A stretch of DNA of 48,242 bases from Candidatus Woesearchaeota archaeon (GCA_017609385.1 JAFCEA010000001.1:1-48242); one strand, 5' to 3'; positions 28,667-38,189 are shown, numbered from the stretch's first letter. Program-made: numbers and translations. The notes: generated from the sequence alone by a model not told the origin.

Positions 28667-28753
28667 TAAACCACCCCCTATAAGTTTGATATAGAATTTT
28701 CTGTTTATATAGTTTTCGATTTATTTTAAAATATTTGGTTAAAAGAATTAAAT

Positions 28754-30208
28754 TCAACCATCAATTGTATATTTTCTGTAAATTTGTTTTTCAACAGGCT
28801 TAACAGGTTTTTCTTCTTCTGGTTCAATAACATTAACAATCCATGCATAGGTTTTTGTTTCAATTCCGTCTGAAACTATGACCTGGACTGGCTTTGTTCC
28901 AAGTATTGTAAATCTTCTCCTGTGTATATTATTTCCACTATATTTCTCAAAAACACCAAACTTCCATGTATATGTAAGGTCATTGTTATCTAAATCATCA
29001 GCAATAACCTTAAAATCAATAATCTTGTTTTTATAGACATTTATCAGTGCTTCAGGGCTAGTGTTTGTTATTATTGGAGCCCTGTTTTTATCATATACCC
29101 TTATAGTCATGTTTCTTTTAGCCATTATCTTGTTGTCACTGGCAATAAAAGTTAGTGTAAAATCCTTTTTGTCTTTATCAACAGTATCAAAATCAGGTAT
29201 CCAACTAAATGTCTCATTAACTAAGCTAGAGCCATTTGGTGCATTCTCAACCAAGAAGTTTATACTATCACCATCAGGATCTGTTGCATAAATCTTGAAT
29301 TCTATTGATTTGTTCTCGTAAACAGCAATATCACTGATTGGCTTAAGAATTGGTGCCCTGTTTGTGTTTTTTATTATTAAGGTTATGTTTTCTGAATCAT
29401 TAAGATAACCATCTGATGCCAAAACAGTTGTAGAGTATGTTCCTGCCTCATCATATCCAATTTCGCGTTTTTTCTTGTTTGCAAAGCCAGAATAATAATA
29501 TCTCAAAATATCTCCATCAGGGTCTGCTGCAACTGGCTCAAGAGTCAGTAATTCACCCTCATTTACTGTTATTGTTCCTATTTTTTCCAGTATCGGAGCC
29601 CTGTTTGTCTCATAAACAGTTATCTTAATTGTTTGTTCTGCTTCAAGATCATTTGATTTTGCAACAAAAGTTACAAAAAAGTTTCTTTTTGGCCTGTAAG
29701 GAACATGTATTCTCGCAATTATTTTTTCAAGCCAGTTCTTTTTTACTGTATCAAAGCTAGGTGTCCATCTAAACTCATTATTAACAAAACTAGCATCATC
29801 TGGCAAATTAATTGCTAAATAAGTTATTTTATCACCATCAGGATCAATAGCTGTAATATTCAAGATTAATTGCTCATTTTCATTAACAAAAGCATTATTT
29901 AATGGCTCAAAAAAAGGGGCCCTGTCCTTGTCTTCAACTACTAACAAAACCTCTTGAGTGTCTGTTAATTTGCCGTCAGATGCTGTTACAGTAATCTTAT
30001 ATTCTCCAGCATCATCACAGCCAGTCTGCCACTCGCCATTTTGATCTAAGGGTTGGCTGAAACTATAAATAATATTGTCCATATCCTCATCTATTGCCTC
30101 TGGCTTAAGGCTTACAAGATCTCCCTCATTAACTGTTATTGTCATAAATTCTGCTCTAACTAAAATAAGCTGGAATAAAATTATAAAAATTAGTATTAAT
30201 TTTTTCAT
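28754..30208 (-). CDS. Secreted protein with ~5 tandem cadherin-like/Ig-like repeats
   Basis: Signal peptide MKKLILIFIILFQLILVRAEF. Repeated modules end in NRAP(I/F) and contain DPDGD Ca-binding-like motifs. Two module types alternate. Confidence 0.8.
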   Translation of the reverse strand: MKKLILIFIILFQLILVRAEFMTITVNEGDLVSLKPEAIDEDMDNIIYSFSQPLDQNGEWQTGCDDAGEYKITVTASDGKLTDTQEVLLVVEDKDRAPFFEPLNNAFVNENEQLILNITAIDPDGDKITYLAINLPDDASFVNNEFRWTPSFDTVKKNWLEKIIARIHVPYRPKRNFFVTFVAKSNDLEAEQTIKITVYETNRAPILEKIGTITVNEGELLTLEPVAADPDGDILRYYYSGFANKKKREIGYDEAGTYSTTVLASDGYLNDSENITLIIKNTNRAPILKPISDIAVYENKSIEFKIYATDPDGDSINFLVENAPNGSSLVNETFSWIPDFDTVDKDKKDFTLTFIASDNKIMAKRNMTIRVYDKNRAPIITNTSPEALINVYKNKIIDFKVIADDLDNNDLTYTWKFGVFEKYSGNNIHRRRFTILGTKPVQVIVSDGIETKTYAWIVNVIEPEEEKPVKPVEKQIYRKYTIDG

Positions 30209-30297
30209 TTTATTAATTAAAATATTTAATTATATAAAAAGCTTTCTATTATTTAGTATTCTAAAGGAGTAAAAAGAAATATAAAAAAATAAAAGAA

Positions 30298-31011
30298 TCA
30301 GTCTTGTACAATCTTTACAATTCTTGGAGGTCTGTTCACATTATTGACTGTTACTATTACATCCTGGCTTGTTGATTCTATGTTATCAGAGGCTGTTACC
30401 GTAACAATATGTGTTCCTGCATCATCATAGTTTGTTGTATAGCTTGCCTCTGTCATCCAGCCAGAGTATGTTATTGTTACTTCATCTCCGTCAGGATCTG
30501 TTGCAACTGGCTCAAAGCTTACTGTCTCACCCTCATTAAGTGTGATGTCGGCAATTGGACTTAGTACTGGTGGTTTATTTATGCTCTCAACAACCAACAA
30601 AATCTTTTGTGTATCTGTTAATTCACCATCAGATGCTGTTACAGTTATCTCATAGTTTCCTGCATCTCCCTTCTTTGTCTGCCATCTACCCTCATTGTCT
30701 AATGGCTCACTAAATGTATACAAAATAGTGTCTGCATCAGGATCCTCGCTTTCAGGCTTTAGAACAACTAATTCCCCTTCTTGAACCATTATTTTGGTTA
30801 ACTCTTCTTCTGGTTCTTCTTCAACCTCTTCTACAACTTCTTCTAGTATTTCAGTTATTAGTTCTTCTTCTTTTTCCTCTACCCCAAGACATTCATCCAA
30901 ATTGGTAACAATAGAACCATCTGGGCATACATACTTTGTTTCTGTAAGCTTGCATCCGCTTGCCAAAAGCAATAAAAGAACTAACCCACAAAAAAATATC
31001 TCTTTTTTCAT
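30298..31011 (-). CDS. Putative lipoprotein with an acidic linker and two cadherin-like repeats (paralog of 28754-30208)
   Basis: Signal peptide ends LLLASGC (lipobox-like). TKYVCPDGSIVTNLDEC motif, E-rich linker. The first repeat is visibly similar (many identical positions by eye) to the first repeat of the neighbouring gene. Confidence 0.8.
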   Translation of the reverse strand: MKKEIFFCGLVLLLLLASGCKLTETKYVCPDGSIVTNLDECLGVEEKEEELITEILEEVVEEVEEEPEEELTKIMVQEGELVVLKPESEDPDADTILYTFSEPLDNEGRWQTKKGDAGNYEITVTASDGELTDTQKILLVVESINKPPVLSPIADITLNEGETVSFEPVATDPDGDEVTITYSGWMTEASYTTNYDDAGTHIVTVTASDNIESTSQDVIVTVNNVNRPPRIVKIVQD

Positions 31012-31124
31012 TTTCCACCTCTGCTTTAAATTTCAATATGTTATTATTCTTAAATAAGAAACATATATATAAACTTTTCGATAGTCAAGAATACCTTTTT
31101 AATTTAATATTTATTTTGTTTTAA

Positions 31125-32222
31125 CTATAAACCAAAAAATCCTTTTTTCTTTTTTGAGTCTTTTTCAAACTCTTTTAGAAGCTCTTTCTGCTTTTTTGTA
31201 AGTTTTGTTGGGGTTTCAACAACTATTTTTACATTCTCTGAGCCAACACCATATCCATGAAGACTTGGAATGCCCTTTCCTTTCATCTTGAATATTGTAT
31301 TTGTTTGTGCTCCTGCTGGTATTTTTAACTTTGCCTTTCCCTTTAATGTTGGAACCTCTATTTCAGAGCCAAGTGCAGCCTGTGCAAAGCTTACTGGGAT
31401 TTCACAGTATATATCATTATTTCTTCTTTCAAATATATTATGCGGTTTTATATGGATTACAACATATAAATCTCCAGGGCTTCCATTTTTTATTCCAGCT
31501 TCTCCGCCGCCGGCAATCCTAAGTTCATTGCCATTATCAATGCCTTTTGGGATAGTAATTTCTATCTTTCGATCATGATGAACCCTACCAGTGCCTTCAC
31601 ATTCTGGACATGGATCTTTTATAATTTTTCCTTCACCATGGCATTTAGGGCATGTTGTTGTTGTAGAAAAAATACCAAATGGTGTTCTCCTTGTCTGCTG
31701 GATACGGCCAGAGCCATTGCATTTGTTGCATGTTATAATATCAGAGCTTGACTTTGCTCCAGAGCCATTGCATTCCTTGCATTTCTCCATTCTAGGAACT
31801 ATAATATGCTTTTTTGCGCCAAAGGCAGCTTCCTCAAGTGTTATTTCCATATCATATCTCAAGTCAGCCCCTCTTCTTGGGCCACGGCTGTGCCTTCCAA
31901 AGCCCCTGCTAAAAAAAGTGTCAAATATGTCCTCAAAATCAAAGCCAAAATCTGAAAAACCAAAATCAGAGAAGTCAAAGCCTGCAGCACCAGGGCCAAA
32001 GCCCTCTGTTGTTGTGCCAAATCTGTCATATTGTGCTCTTTTTTTATCATCGCCAAGAACAGAAGCAGCCTCATTAATCTCCTTGAATCTTTCAGCAGCA
32101 TCAGAATCAGTTTTATTTATGTCTGGATGATATTTCTTGGCCAGCCTCTTGTAAGCCCTCTTAATCTCTTCTTTGGAGGCATTTTCAGAAACACCCAATA
32201 TTTTGTAATAATCTTTGGCCAT
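31125..32222 (-). CDS. dnaJ: Chaperone DnaJ (Hsp40, type I)
   Basis: J domain with HPD (KKYHPDINK), G/F region and four CxxCxGxG zinc-finger repeats. Confidence 0.95.
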   Translation of the reverse strand: MAKDYYKILGVSENASKEEIKRAYKRLAKKYHPDINKTDSDAAERFKEINEAASVLGDDKKRAQYDRFGTTTEGFGPGAAGFDFSDFGFSDFGFDFEDIFDTFFSRGFGRHSRGPRRGADLRYDMEITLEEAAFGAKKHIIVPRMEKCKECNGSGAKSSSDIITCNKCNGSGRIQQTRRTPFGIFSTTTTCPKCHGEGKIIKDPCPECEGTGRVHHDRKIEITIPKGIDNGNELRIAGGGEAGIKNGSPGDLYVVIHIKPHNIFERRNNDIYCEIPVSFAQAALGSEIEVPTLKGKAKLKIPAGAQTNTIFKMKGKGIPSLHGYGVGSENVKIVVETPTKLTKKQKELLKEFEKDSKKKKGFFGL

Positions 32223-32253
32223 TTTTAATCTATTCTAGTTTCTATATTAAACA

Positions 32254-32775
32254 TCATCTATTTGTTAATTTTTTTCCTAGTTTTTTTAGTTCATTGATTA
32301 CTGTTATGTTATTTTTAACTTCCCCAGAATCATCTGCTTTTGCTGCTAATTTTCCTATAATAGGTATTTTACAAATCTCACAAAAAATTTCAAGAGTTTT
32401 TAATGCAGTTTTTTCTGTTGCAATACCAGTTGAAATCAAGATTGCTCTTTTTTCTCTTAATCTTTTATCCTGCCAATAAGGGTTCATTCTATCAATAAAA
32501 TCCTTCATCAAACCAGAAACATTATTAAAATAAGTAGGTGAACCAAGAATCAAGATATCAGCATCAAATATTTTTTTATAAATATCACACATGTCGTCCT
32601 TTATTTTGCATTCTTTATGTTTATCACAATAACTATCTCCATCACAATGTTCAATTCTTAGTTCTCTCAAAAGAATTAATTCTTTTTCAACATTACCTAC
32701 GCCTTCCAGAACTTTGTTTAGCATAAACTCTGTATTGCCTTTTCTTGGTGAGCCACATATTGCCAATACTTTCAT
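32254..32775 (-). CDS. NADPH-dependent FMN reductase / iron-sulfur-flavoprotein-like protein
   Basis: MKVLAICGSPRKGNT, Cys cluster CDGDSYCDKHKEC and ILGSPTYFNNVSG. Confidence 0.75.
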   Translation of the reverse strand: MKVLAICGSPRKGNTEFMLNKVLEGVGNVEKELILLRELRIEHCDGDSYCDKHKECKIKDDMCDIYKKIFDADILILGSPTYFNNVSGLMKDFIDRMNPYWQDKRLREKRAILISTGIATEKTALKTLEIFCEICKIPIIGKLAAKADDSGEVKNNITVINELKKLGKKLTNR

Positions 32776-32797
32776 TTTAAATTAAAAAAAGAAAAAA

Positions 32798-34705
32798 TTA
32801 CTTTTTCTTTTCCTTGTCATCCTCTTCCTTGTATTCTGCGTCAACTACTTTTTCGCCTTTGTTTTTTGGTTCCTCTGCTGTTTCTGCTTTGCCTGCTCCA
32901 GCTTGTTGCTGTTTCTTTGCCTGCTCTTCAGCCACTTTTTGGTACATCTCTGTTGACATCTTTTGTACAAGCTGGTTTACTTCATCCATCTTTGTTTTTA
33001 TTGCTGCTGCGTCTTTCTTCTCTGGCTTCAATAGTTCCTTTAGTTCCATTATCTTTCCTTTAACAGTTTCAAGCTCCTTGGCGTCAACCTTTCCCTCAAA
33101 CTCCTTGAACAGCTTTTCTGTTGAATAAACTAGAGTGTCTGCCTGGTTTATTGTTTCAACCTCTTGTTTTCTTTTCTTGTCTTCCTCTGCATGCTCTTCA
33201 GCTTCTTTTCTCATTCTTTCAACTTCATCTTCATTAAGCTTTTGCGATGCTGTGATTTTTATTGACTGCTCTTTTCCTGTTCCAAGGTCCTTTGCTGTTA
33301 CATGAACAATCCCATTTGCATCAATATCAAATGTTACCTCTATCTGTGGGATACCCCTTGGCGCAGGAGGGATCCCAACCAAATCAAATCTTCCCAAGCT
33401 TTTGTTGTCAGCAGCCATTGAACGTTCACCTTGCAAGACATTTATTGTCACAGCAGGCTGGTTATCTGCAGCTGTTGAAAATATCTGTGATTTCTTTGTT
33501 GGAATTGTTGTGTTTCTCTCAATTAAAGGGGTTCTTACCCCTCCAAGTGTTTCAATTCCAAGAGTTAATGGAGTAACATCCAGCAATAAAATGTCCTTTA
33601 CATCTCCTGCAAGAACACCTGCCTGTATAGCAGCTCCTGCTGCAACACATTCCATTGGGTCAACTCCCCTCTCTGCCTTTTTTCCTATAATGTCCTCAAT
33701 AAACTTTCTCACACAGGGCATTCTTGTAGGTCCGCCAACTAAAATTATCTTGTTTATATCATCTGGCTTTAATTTAGCATCCTTTATTGCCTGCTCAATT
33801 GGATGTTTGCATTTCTTTATTATTGGCTCAACTAATTCCTCAAGCTTTGAGCGCCTTATTTTTATTGTTAAATGCTTTGGGCCTTTATCAGTAGCAGTTA
33901 TAAAAGGAAGATTTATATCTGTCTCAAGTGTTGTGGAAAGCTCTATTTTTGCTTTTTCAGCAGCCTCTCTTAATCTTTGCATTGCTACAGCATCATTTTT
34001 CAAGTCGATTCCCTCATTTTTCTTGAATTCCTCAACAATGAAATCTGTAAGAGCATTATCCATGTCTGTTCCGCCAAGCTGTGTGTCTCCGCTTGTGGAT
34101 TTTACCTCAAAGACTCCATCACCAAATTCCATTATTGTAACATCTAGTGTTCCGCCTCCAAAATCAAAAACCAGAATCTTAAGTTCTTTGTCTGTTTTGT
34201 CAAGCCCGTAAGCTAAGGATGCAGCTGTTGGCTCATTAATAATTCTGATAACATCTAAACCAGCTATTGTTCCAGCATCCTTTGTTGCCTGTCTTTGGTT
34301 GTCATCAAAATAAGCTGGACAGGTTATAACTGCTTTTGAAATCTTCTCTCCAATAAATTCCTCTGCATCCTTTTTTATTTTTTGTAGTATGAATGCAGAT
34401 ATCTGTTGTGGAGTGTATTCCTTGCCGTTAATTTTGTATTTATGGCTTGTACCCATCTTTCTCTTAACAGCTGTTATTGTTCTCTCTGGATTTGAAACTG
34501 CCTGTCTTCTGGCTGGTTCTCCAACTAGCATCTGACCATCATCTGTAAAGGCAACAACTGACGGAAATGCCTTTCCATAAGCAGTTGTACCCTCAGAGCT
34601 TGGTATTATAATGGGCTTTCCTGCCTGCAGAAAAGCTGCTGCAGAATTGCTTGTCCCTAAATCTATCCCAATTATTTTCTCCTTTTTTGTTTTCTCCTTG
34701 ACCAT
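32798..34705 (-). CDS. dnaK: Chaperone DnaK (Hsp70)
   Basis: [19 protein letters not shown]-like [10 protein letters not shown] and the full Hsp70 pattern. The ATG at 34705 has GGGGGT upstream and is preferred over the TTG at 34720. Confidence 0.96.
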   Translation of the reverse strand: MVKEKTKKEKIIGIDLGTSNSAAAFLQAGKPIIIPSSEGTTAYGKAFPSVVAFTDDGQMLVGEPARRQAVSNPERTITAVKRKMGTSHKYKINGKEYTPQQISAFILQKIKKDAEEFIGEKISKAVITCPAYFDDNQRQATKDAGTIAGLDVIRIINEPTAASLAYGLDKTDKELKILVFDFGGGTLDVTIMEFGDGVFEVKSTSGDTQLGGTDMDNALTDFIVEEFKKNEGIDLKNDAVAMQRLREAAEKAKIELSTTLETDINLPFITATDKGPKHLTIKIRRSKLEELVEPIIKKCKHPIEQAIKDAKLKPDDINKIILVGGPTRMPCVRKFIEDIIGKKAERGVDPMECVAAGAAIQAGVLAGDVKDILLLDVTPLTLGIETLGGVRTPLIERNTTIPTKKSQIFSTAADNQPAVTINVLQGERSMAADNKSLGRFDLVGIPPAPRGIPQIEVTFDIDANGIVHVTAKDLGTGKEQSIKITASQKLNEDEVERMRKEAEEHAEEDKKRKQEVETINQADTLVYSTEKLFKEFEGKVDAKELETVKGKIMELKELLKPEKKDAAAIKTKMDEVNQLVQKMSTEMYQKVAEEQAKKQQQAGAGKAETAEEPKNKGEKVVDAEYKEEDDKEKKK

Positions 34706-34735
34706 TTTAATTACCCCCAAATTTAAGTTTTATGA

Positions 34736-35095
34736 TTATCCAAAATAGCTTGGTGATTTTACTGTTTTGCCCTCCCCTGTTTTTTTAATTCTCTTCTTTT
34801 TCTTTTTTTCATATTTCTTTAGTGAGTCCGGCTTTTCTATTTTGCCAAACTCTGACTCATATTTCTTTACAACCCTTGACAAAACATTAAGAAACTGCTT
34901 TGCATGATATGGCTCCACCATTATAACATTGTGCTTTAATGCTATTGTAGCAGTCGGGCTTCTTGCATCTATTCTTGGTGTTACACATCTAAAGTCAAAG
35001 ATAAACTGTGTTGGACTAAAGTTAATTGATGTTTCATGTGAAAAAAATGCATCACTATCCATTATGCTCATATTTATTTTTTGTTTTTCTGCCAT
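34736..35095 (-). CDS. DUF3467-like small protein with a basic C-terminal tail
   Basis: The core FSHETSINFSPTQFIFDF...VIMVEPYHAKQFLNVLSRVVKKYESEFGKI resembles DUF3467. This is from memory of the family pattern and was not searched. Confidence 0.55.
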   Translation of the reverse strand: MAEKQKINMSIMDSDAFFSHETSINFSPTQFIFDFRCVTPRIDARSPTATIALKHNVIMVEPYHAKQFLNVLSRVVKKYESEFGKIEKPDSLKKYEKKKKKRIKKTGEGKTVKSPSYFG

Positions 35096-35107
35096 TTTAA
35101 AACCTCC

Positions 35108-35446
35108 TTAATCATCTTTTTTCAATGCAATCTTCCTTAATTCTTCAACACTTTCGTGTGTGAGTATTGTTCTTTCCCTTCCCTTTACTCTCTTTAATGA
35201 ACCTATTTCAACAACTTCAAGGAACTTTACAAGCTTTCTTTGGTTGAAGTTGTCATAATCTTTTAAAGAGCCCAATGCCTCATACAAATCCTGGTCTGTT
35301 GTTACAAGGTCAATCTCATTATTTCTGCACATTATCAATGTCTCTATCTTATCACTTGTTCCAAGAAAATATTTTAGTATAGCTCCTGCCTTGAGGTAGA
35401 GCTTCTGCTTCTGTATTCCGTTTTCATCATTTATTTTTATTCTCAT
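35108..35446 (-). CDS. Hypothetical protein (112 aa)
   Basis: A clean ORF whose ATG overlaps the upstream stop (ATGA). No recognisable motif. Confidence 0.5.
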   Translation of the reverse strand: MRIKINDENGIQKQKLYLKAGAILKYFLGTSDKIETLIMCRNNEIDLVTTDQDLYEALGSLKDYDNFNQRKLVKFLEVVEIGSLKRVKGRERTILTHESVEELRKIALKKDD

Positions 35447-35955
35447 TTTTTCAAAATATTATAGTTTAGTATTTTCTTAAGTTTTTCTTCATCAGGAACA
35501 AGCTCCTTTAGTGAGCCGCCGGGTATTGACTTATTTTGTGTTAAAAATATTTTCCACTGCCTTATTGAGTCAGGATCATCTGGATTTACAAGGTAATTAA
35601 GCATAAACCACTGGTTTAAATCATCCCCGTATGTATTGCAGTTGCCTATTTTGCAGTGAAGTGGCTTTACCTCGTGGATTGTGCAGCCAACCTGCTCGTT
35701 ATAAAAAATGCATTTGCCATATGGCTTAGTTCCTTTGATTAGTTTTGGCCTCAGTAATTTTGTATTAAATCTCTCATGCTCTTCAAGATATTTTTTCTTG
35801 AGCTCGTCTGTTGTCATCCTTAAAAACCGTGCAATTCTTGTGATATCATCATCAACTAAAAAGCCGGATGTGTATTTGCAGCAGTTGCCACACATCTTGC
35901 ACTCTTTCCCAAGCTTTAATACAGTTTCTTTTGGTGTTTTTTTTGAAATAAGCAT
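35443..35955 (-). CDS. YkgJ-family (CxxCxxCC) zinc/iron-sulfur cluster protein
   Basis: CKMCGNCCKY motif plus a second Cys set (CIFYN...CTIHEVKPLHCKIGNC). The ATG at 35955 has AGGGGT upstream and is preferred over the TTG at 35982. Confidence 0.7.
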   Translation of the reverse strand: MLISKKTPKETVLKLGKECKMCGNCCKYTSGFLVDDDITRIARFLRMTTDELKKKYLEEHERFNTKLLRPKLIKGTKPYGKCIFYNEQVGCTIHEVKPLHCKIGNCNTYGDDLNQWFMLNYLVNPDDPDSIRQWKIFLTQNKSIPGGSLKELVPDEEKLKKILNYNILKK

Positions 35956-35965
35956 TTTTACCCCT

Positions 35966-36460
35966 TTATTTGTTTTTTGCAATCTTTACCTTTGCATGCC
36001 TTATTGGTTTATTATTAAGTATATAACCTTTTTGCAAAACTTTTATTATTGTATTATCAGGCTTATTGCTTTTATCGCAGATAAGCACCTCGTGCTTATT
36101 GGGGTCAAATTTCTCACCCAATGGATTAATTTGTTTTAGTCCCTCTTTTTCAAGTAATGAATAAAATTGTGAAAATACCAATTTCATCCCTTCAAGGAAT
36201 TTATTTTTGTCTTTGTGGTTTTTTAAGGCAATCTCAAATGAGTCAACTATTGGAAGTAATTTTATTATTAAGTTTTGTGAGGCATATCTGATTAAGTCCT
36301 GTTTTTCTTTTTCAACTCTTTTTTTGTAGTTCTCAAACTCTGCCTGTAATCTCTGTAATGAGTCTGTAAGTTCTCTTGTTTTATGAGTTAACTCTTTTAT
36401 TCCGTTATCTTTTTTCTCCATTTCTGATTTTTTCTTTTTATGTGCTTCTTCTTTAGTCAT
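35966..36460 (-). CDS. grpE: Nucleotide exchange factor GrpE
   Basis: LQRLQAEFENYKKRVEKE coiled-coil motif, LLPIVDSFE and a C-terminal beta domain (RPAKV-like IRHAKVKI). Confidence 0.9.
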   Translation of the reverse strand: MTKEEAHKKKKSEMEKKDNGIKELTHKTRELTDSLQRLQAEFENYKKRVEKEKQDLIRYASQNLIIKLLPIVDSFEIALKNHKDKNKFLEGMKLVFSQFYSLLEKEGLKQINPLGEKFDPNKHEVLICDKSNKPDNTIIKVLQKGYILNNKPIRHAKVKIAKNK

Positions 36461-36500
36461 TTAATCACCAGGTTAGTTTAATAATAAATAATTAAAAAAT

Positions 36501-36953
36501 CTACTCAATTTCAATTCGTTTCTTTTTTAATGCCTGTTTCTTTTTTGGAATCTCTATCCTTAGCATTCCATTTTTGTATGTTGCCTTTGCTTTGTCAGCT
36601 ATAACCTCTGCTGGCAATGGTAGTTTTCTGTAGAACTGATGAGCTCTTGTTTCATATGAATAAAATCCTTTTTTCTTAACTTCAGTCTCTGCTTTTTTCT
36701 CTACCTTGACTTCAATAAAGTCGTCAGTAATATTTAACTCTATATCTTTCTTGTCAGCCCCGGGTAATTCAAATGCTGCTACAACTGAGTTTTCAGTTTC
36801 TCTTATATCAGATATTGGTGCTCTGAAAAAGTCGCTAGTCTTTGCCAGGCTCTTGTTCTGGTTTCCAAACCCTAAAAGGGGTCTTGTTTTTGCAAAAAGT
36901 CTGTCCATTTCTTCTTGTATTGCCTTAAATTCTTCAAAAGGGTCCCATATCAT
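36501..36953 (-). CDS. hsp20: Small heat-shock protein (Hsp20/alpha-crystallin)
   Basis: Alpha-crystallin domain (DIRETENSVVAAFELPGADKKDIELNITDDFIEV...LPLPAEV...ATYKNGMLRIEIPK). The ATG at 36953 follows GGAGGTG and is preferred over the GTG at 36962. Confidence 0.92.
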   Translation of the reverse strand: MIWDPFEEFKAIQEEMDRLFAKTRPLLGFGNQNKSLAKTSDFFRAPISDIRETENSVVAAFELPGADKKDIELNITDDFIEVKVEKKAETEVKKKGFYSYETRAHQFYRKLPLPAEVIADKAKATYKNGMLRIEIPKKKQALKKKRIEIE

Positions 36954-36967
36954 TTTGTTCACCTCCT

Positions 36968-36984
36968 GTTGACTTTAAGTCAAC
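36968..36984. promoter_or_regulatory. Perfect 7-3-7 palindrome GTTGACT-TTA-AGTCAAC between the hsp20 TATA box and its Shine-Dalgarno sequence
   Basis: Read directly. A TATA-like TTTATATATAAG (minus strand, ~37008-37018) lies ~29 nt upstream, so the dyad sits at or just after the predicted transcription start site. Confidence 0.55.
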
Positions 36985-37063
36985 TATTTCATATTAGAAT
37001 AAACAACTTATATATAAATGTTTCGCAAAAGGTTTATAAATAAGTGAAATAACTTAGCTAGAT

Positions 37064-37471
37064 ATGAGATATGAGCATCAAAGAATAACCATAATAAAAT
37101 TCAGAAAGCCGCTTAAAAAAAATATAAATGAAGAGCTCCAGTGGTTTGGCTCATCACTTGGATTGTTTAACCTAAGGGATAAGGACAGATCATGCTTTAG
37201 GATATTTATTGAATTAGTTAAGAGCTCCAGGAAAAAAAAGCCATTGTCAAGCGATGAGCTTGCATACAAGACTGGATTGAGCAGGGGCACAGTCATACAT
37301 CATCTGAATAAATTAATGGGGTCAGGCATTGTTGTAAGTGAGAAAAATAAATATATTCTAAGAGTTGAAAACCTCAAGGTTCTTGTAGAGGAGATAGAAA
37401 AAGATATCAAAAGAGCATGCAGTGATTTAAAAAATATAGCAAAGAATATTGATGAAGAGCTGGGATTGTAG
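37064..37471 (+). CDS. Winged-helix (ArsR/MarR-like) transcriptional regulator, divergent from the heat-shock operon
   Basis: PLSSDELAYKTGLSRGTVIHHLNKLMGSGIVV is a typical HTH plus wing. TATA-like TTTATAAATA lies ~26 nt before the ATG, suggesting a leaderless transcript. Confidence 0.7.
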   Translation: MRYEHQRITIIKFRKPLKKNINEELQWFGSSLGLFNLRDKDRSCFRIFIELVKSSRKKKPLSSDELAYKTGLSRGTVIHHLNKLMGSGIVVSEKNKYILRVENLKVLVEEIEKDIKRACSDLKNIAKNIDEELGL

Positions 37472-37520
37472 TTTTTTTAGATTTTGTTTGATGTTATGAC
37501 TGCTGTTTAACTTTAGAAAG

Positions 37521-37545
37521 ATTTTCCTAGAAGATTTCCGGATTG
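37521..37545. repeat. Copy A of an imperfect ~26-bp direct repeat (tandem GATTTTCC half-sites)
   Basis: GATTTTCCTAGAAGATTTCCGGATT resembles GAATTTTCCTGGAGAATTTTCGGATT at 38164-38189. Confidence 0.5.
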
Positions 37546-37676
37546 TTTTTGCAAAGGTTTAAATATGAGTTATGCGTATTAGTTATTGTTATATTGATGA
37601 AGGGTGTTTTCCCTCTAACATATGCTATGAAAGGCATGAGTTATGGAGAAAAATGCAGGTATGCCTGCCCCCCGAA

Positions 37677-38123
37677 TCATTTCTTTTTTAAGCATTTTTT
37701 AATATCATTTAATAATAGAATTTTGTTGGGTCTCCGGTTGCCTCTAAAGACATCAATTGCTACAGCATGCGCATTGGATTTTTTACCAATTATATTAAAC
37801 CTTATAATTTTTGCATCAATCCTTGGATAATCTTTCCTTAAATAGTCAAGCAGGAGTGATTTAATGAGATTTTCTTTACCTTTGTACTCACAACAAATTG
37901 TTATTAGTTCTTTTTCCCTGATATAGTTTCTTAGACAGTAATAAATTCCAATACAAAATAACCTGTACCTTAATTTCTTGATTTTCCCTTTATATAATTT
38001 ATATGCTTCTTGTTTTACTAATTTTGGGATTAAAACAGAGTATTGATTTCTATTGCTAAAGGCAATTATGCTATCTTTGTTTAATTGTTCAATCTTCCCG
38101 CTTTGGTCAATTTCTATGTGCAT
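37677..38123 (-). CDS. Hypothetical protein (148 aa)
   Basis: A clean ORF beginning MHIEIDQSGKIEQ... No family recognised. Confidence 0.5.
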   Translation of the reverse strand: MHIEIDQSGKIEQLNKDSIIAFSNRNQYSVLIPKLVKQEAYKLYKGKIKKLRYRLFCIGIYYCLRNYIREKELITICCEYKGKENLIKSLLLDYLRKDYPRIDAKIIRFNIIGKKSNAHAVAIDVFRGNRRPNKILLLNDIKKCLKKK

Positions 38124-38163
38124 TAGGTTTGTATTCAGAATTAGTGTTTAATAAGCCTTTACA

Positions 38164-38189
38164 GAATTTTCCTGGAGAATTTTCGGATT
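38164..38189. repeat. Copy B of the imperfect direct repeat, in the promoter region of gene 37677-38123
   Basis: See 37521-37545. Confidence 0.5.

Noticed and set aside
31270-34211. Large ORFs antisense to dnaJ (31591-32130) and dnaK (33402-34211, 269 aa), and likewise 44731-45387 antisense to mscS.
   Set aside because: These are shadow ORFs opposite highly conserved genes. Their translations are low-complexity (S/P/L-rich) with no motifs.
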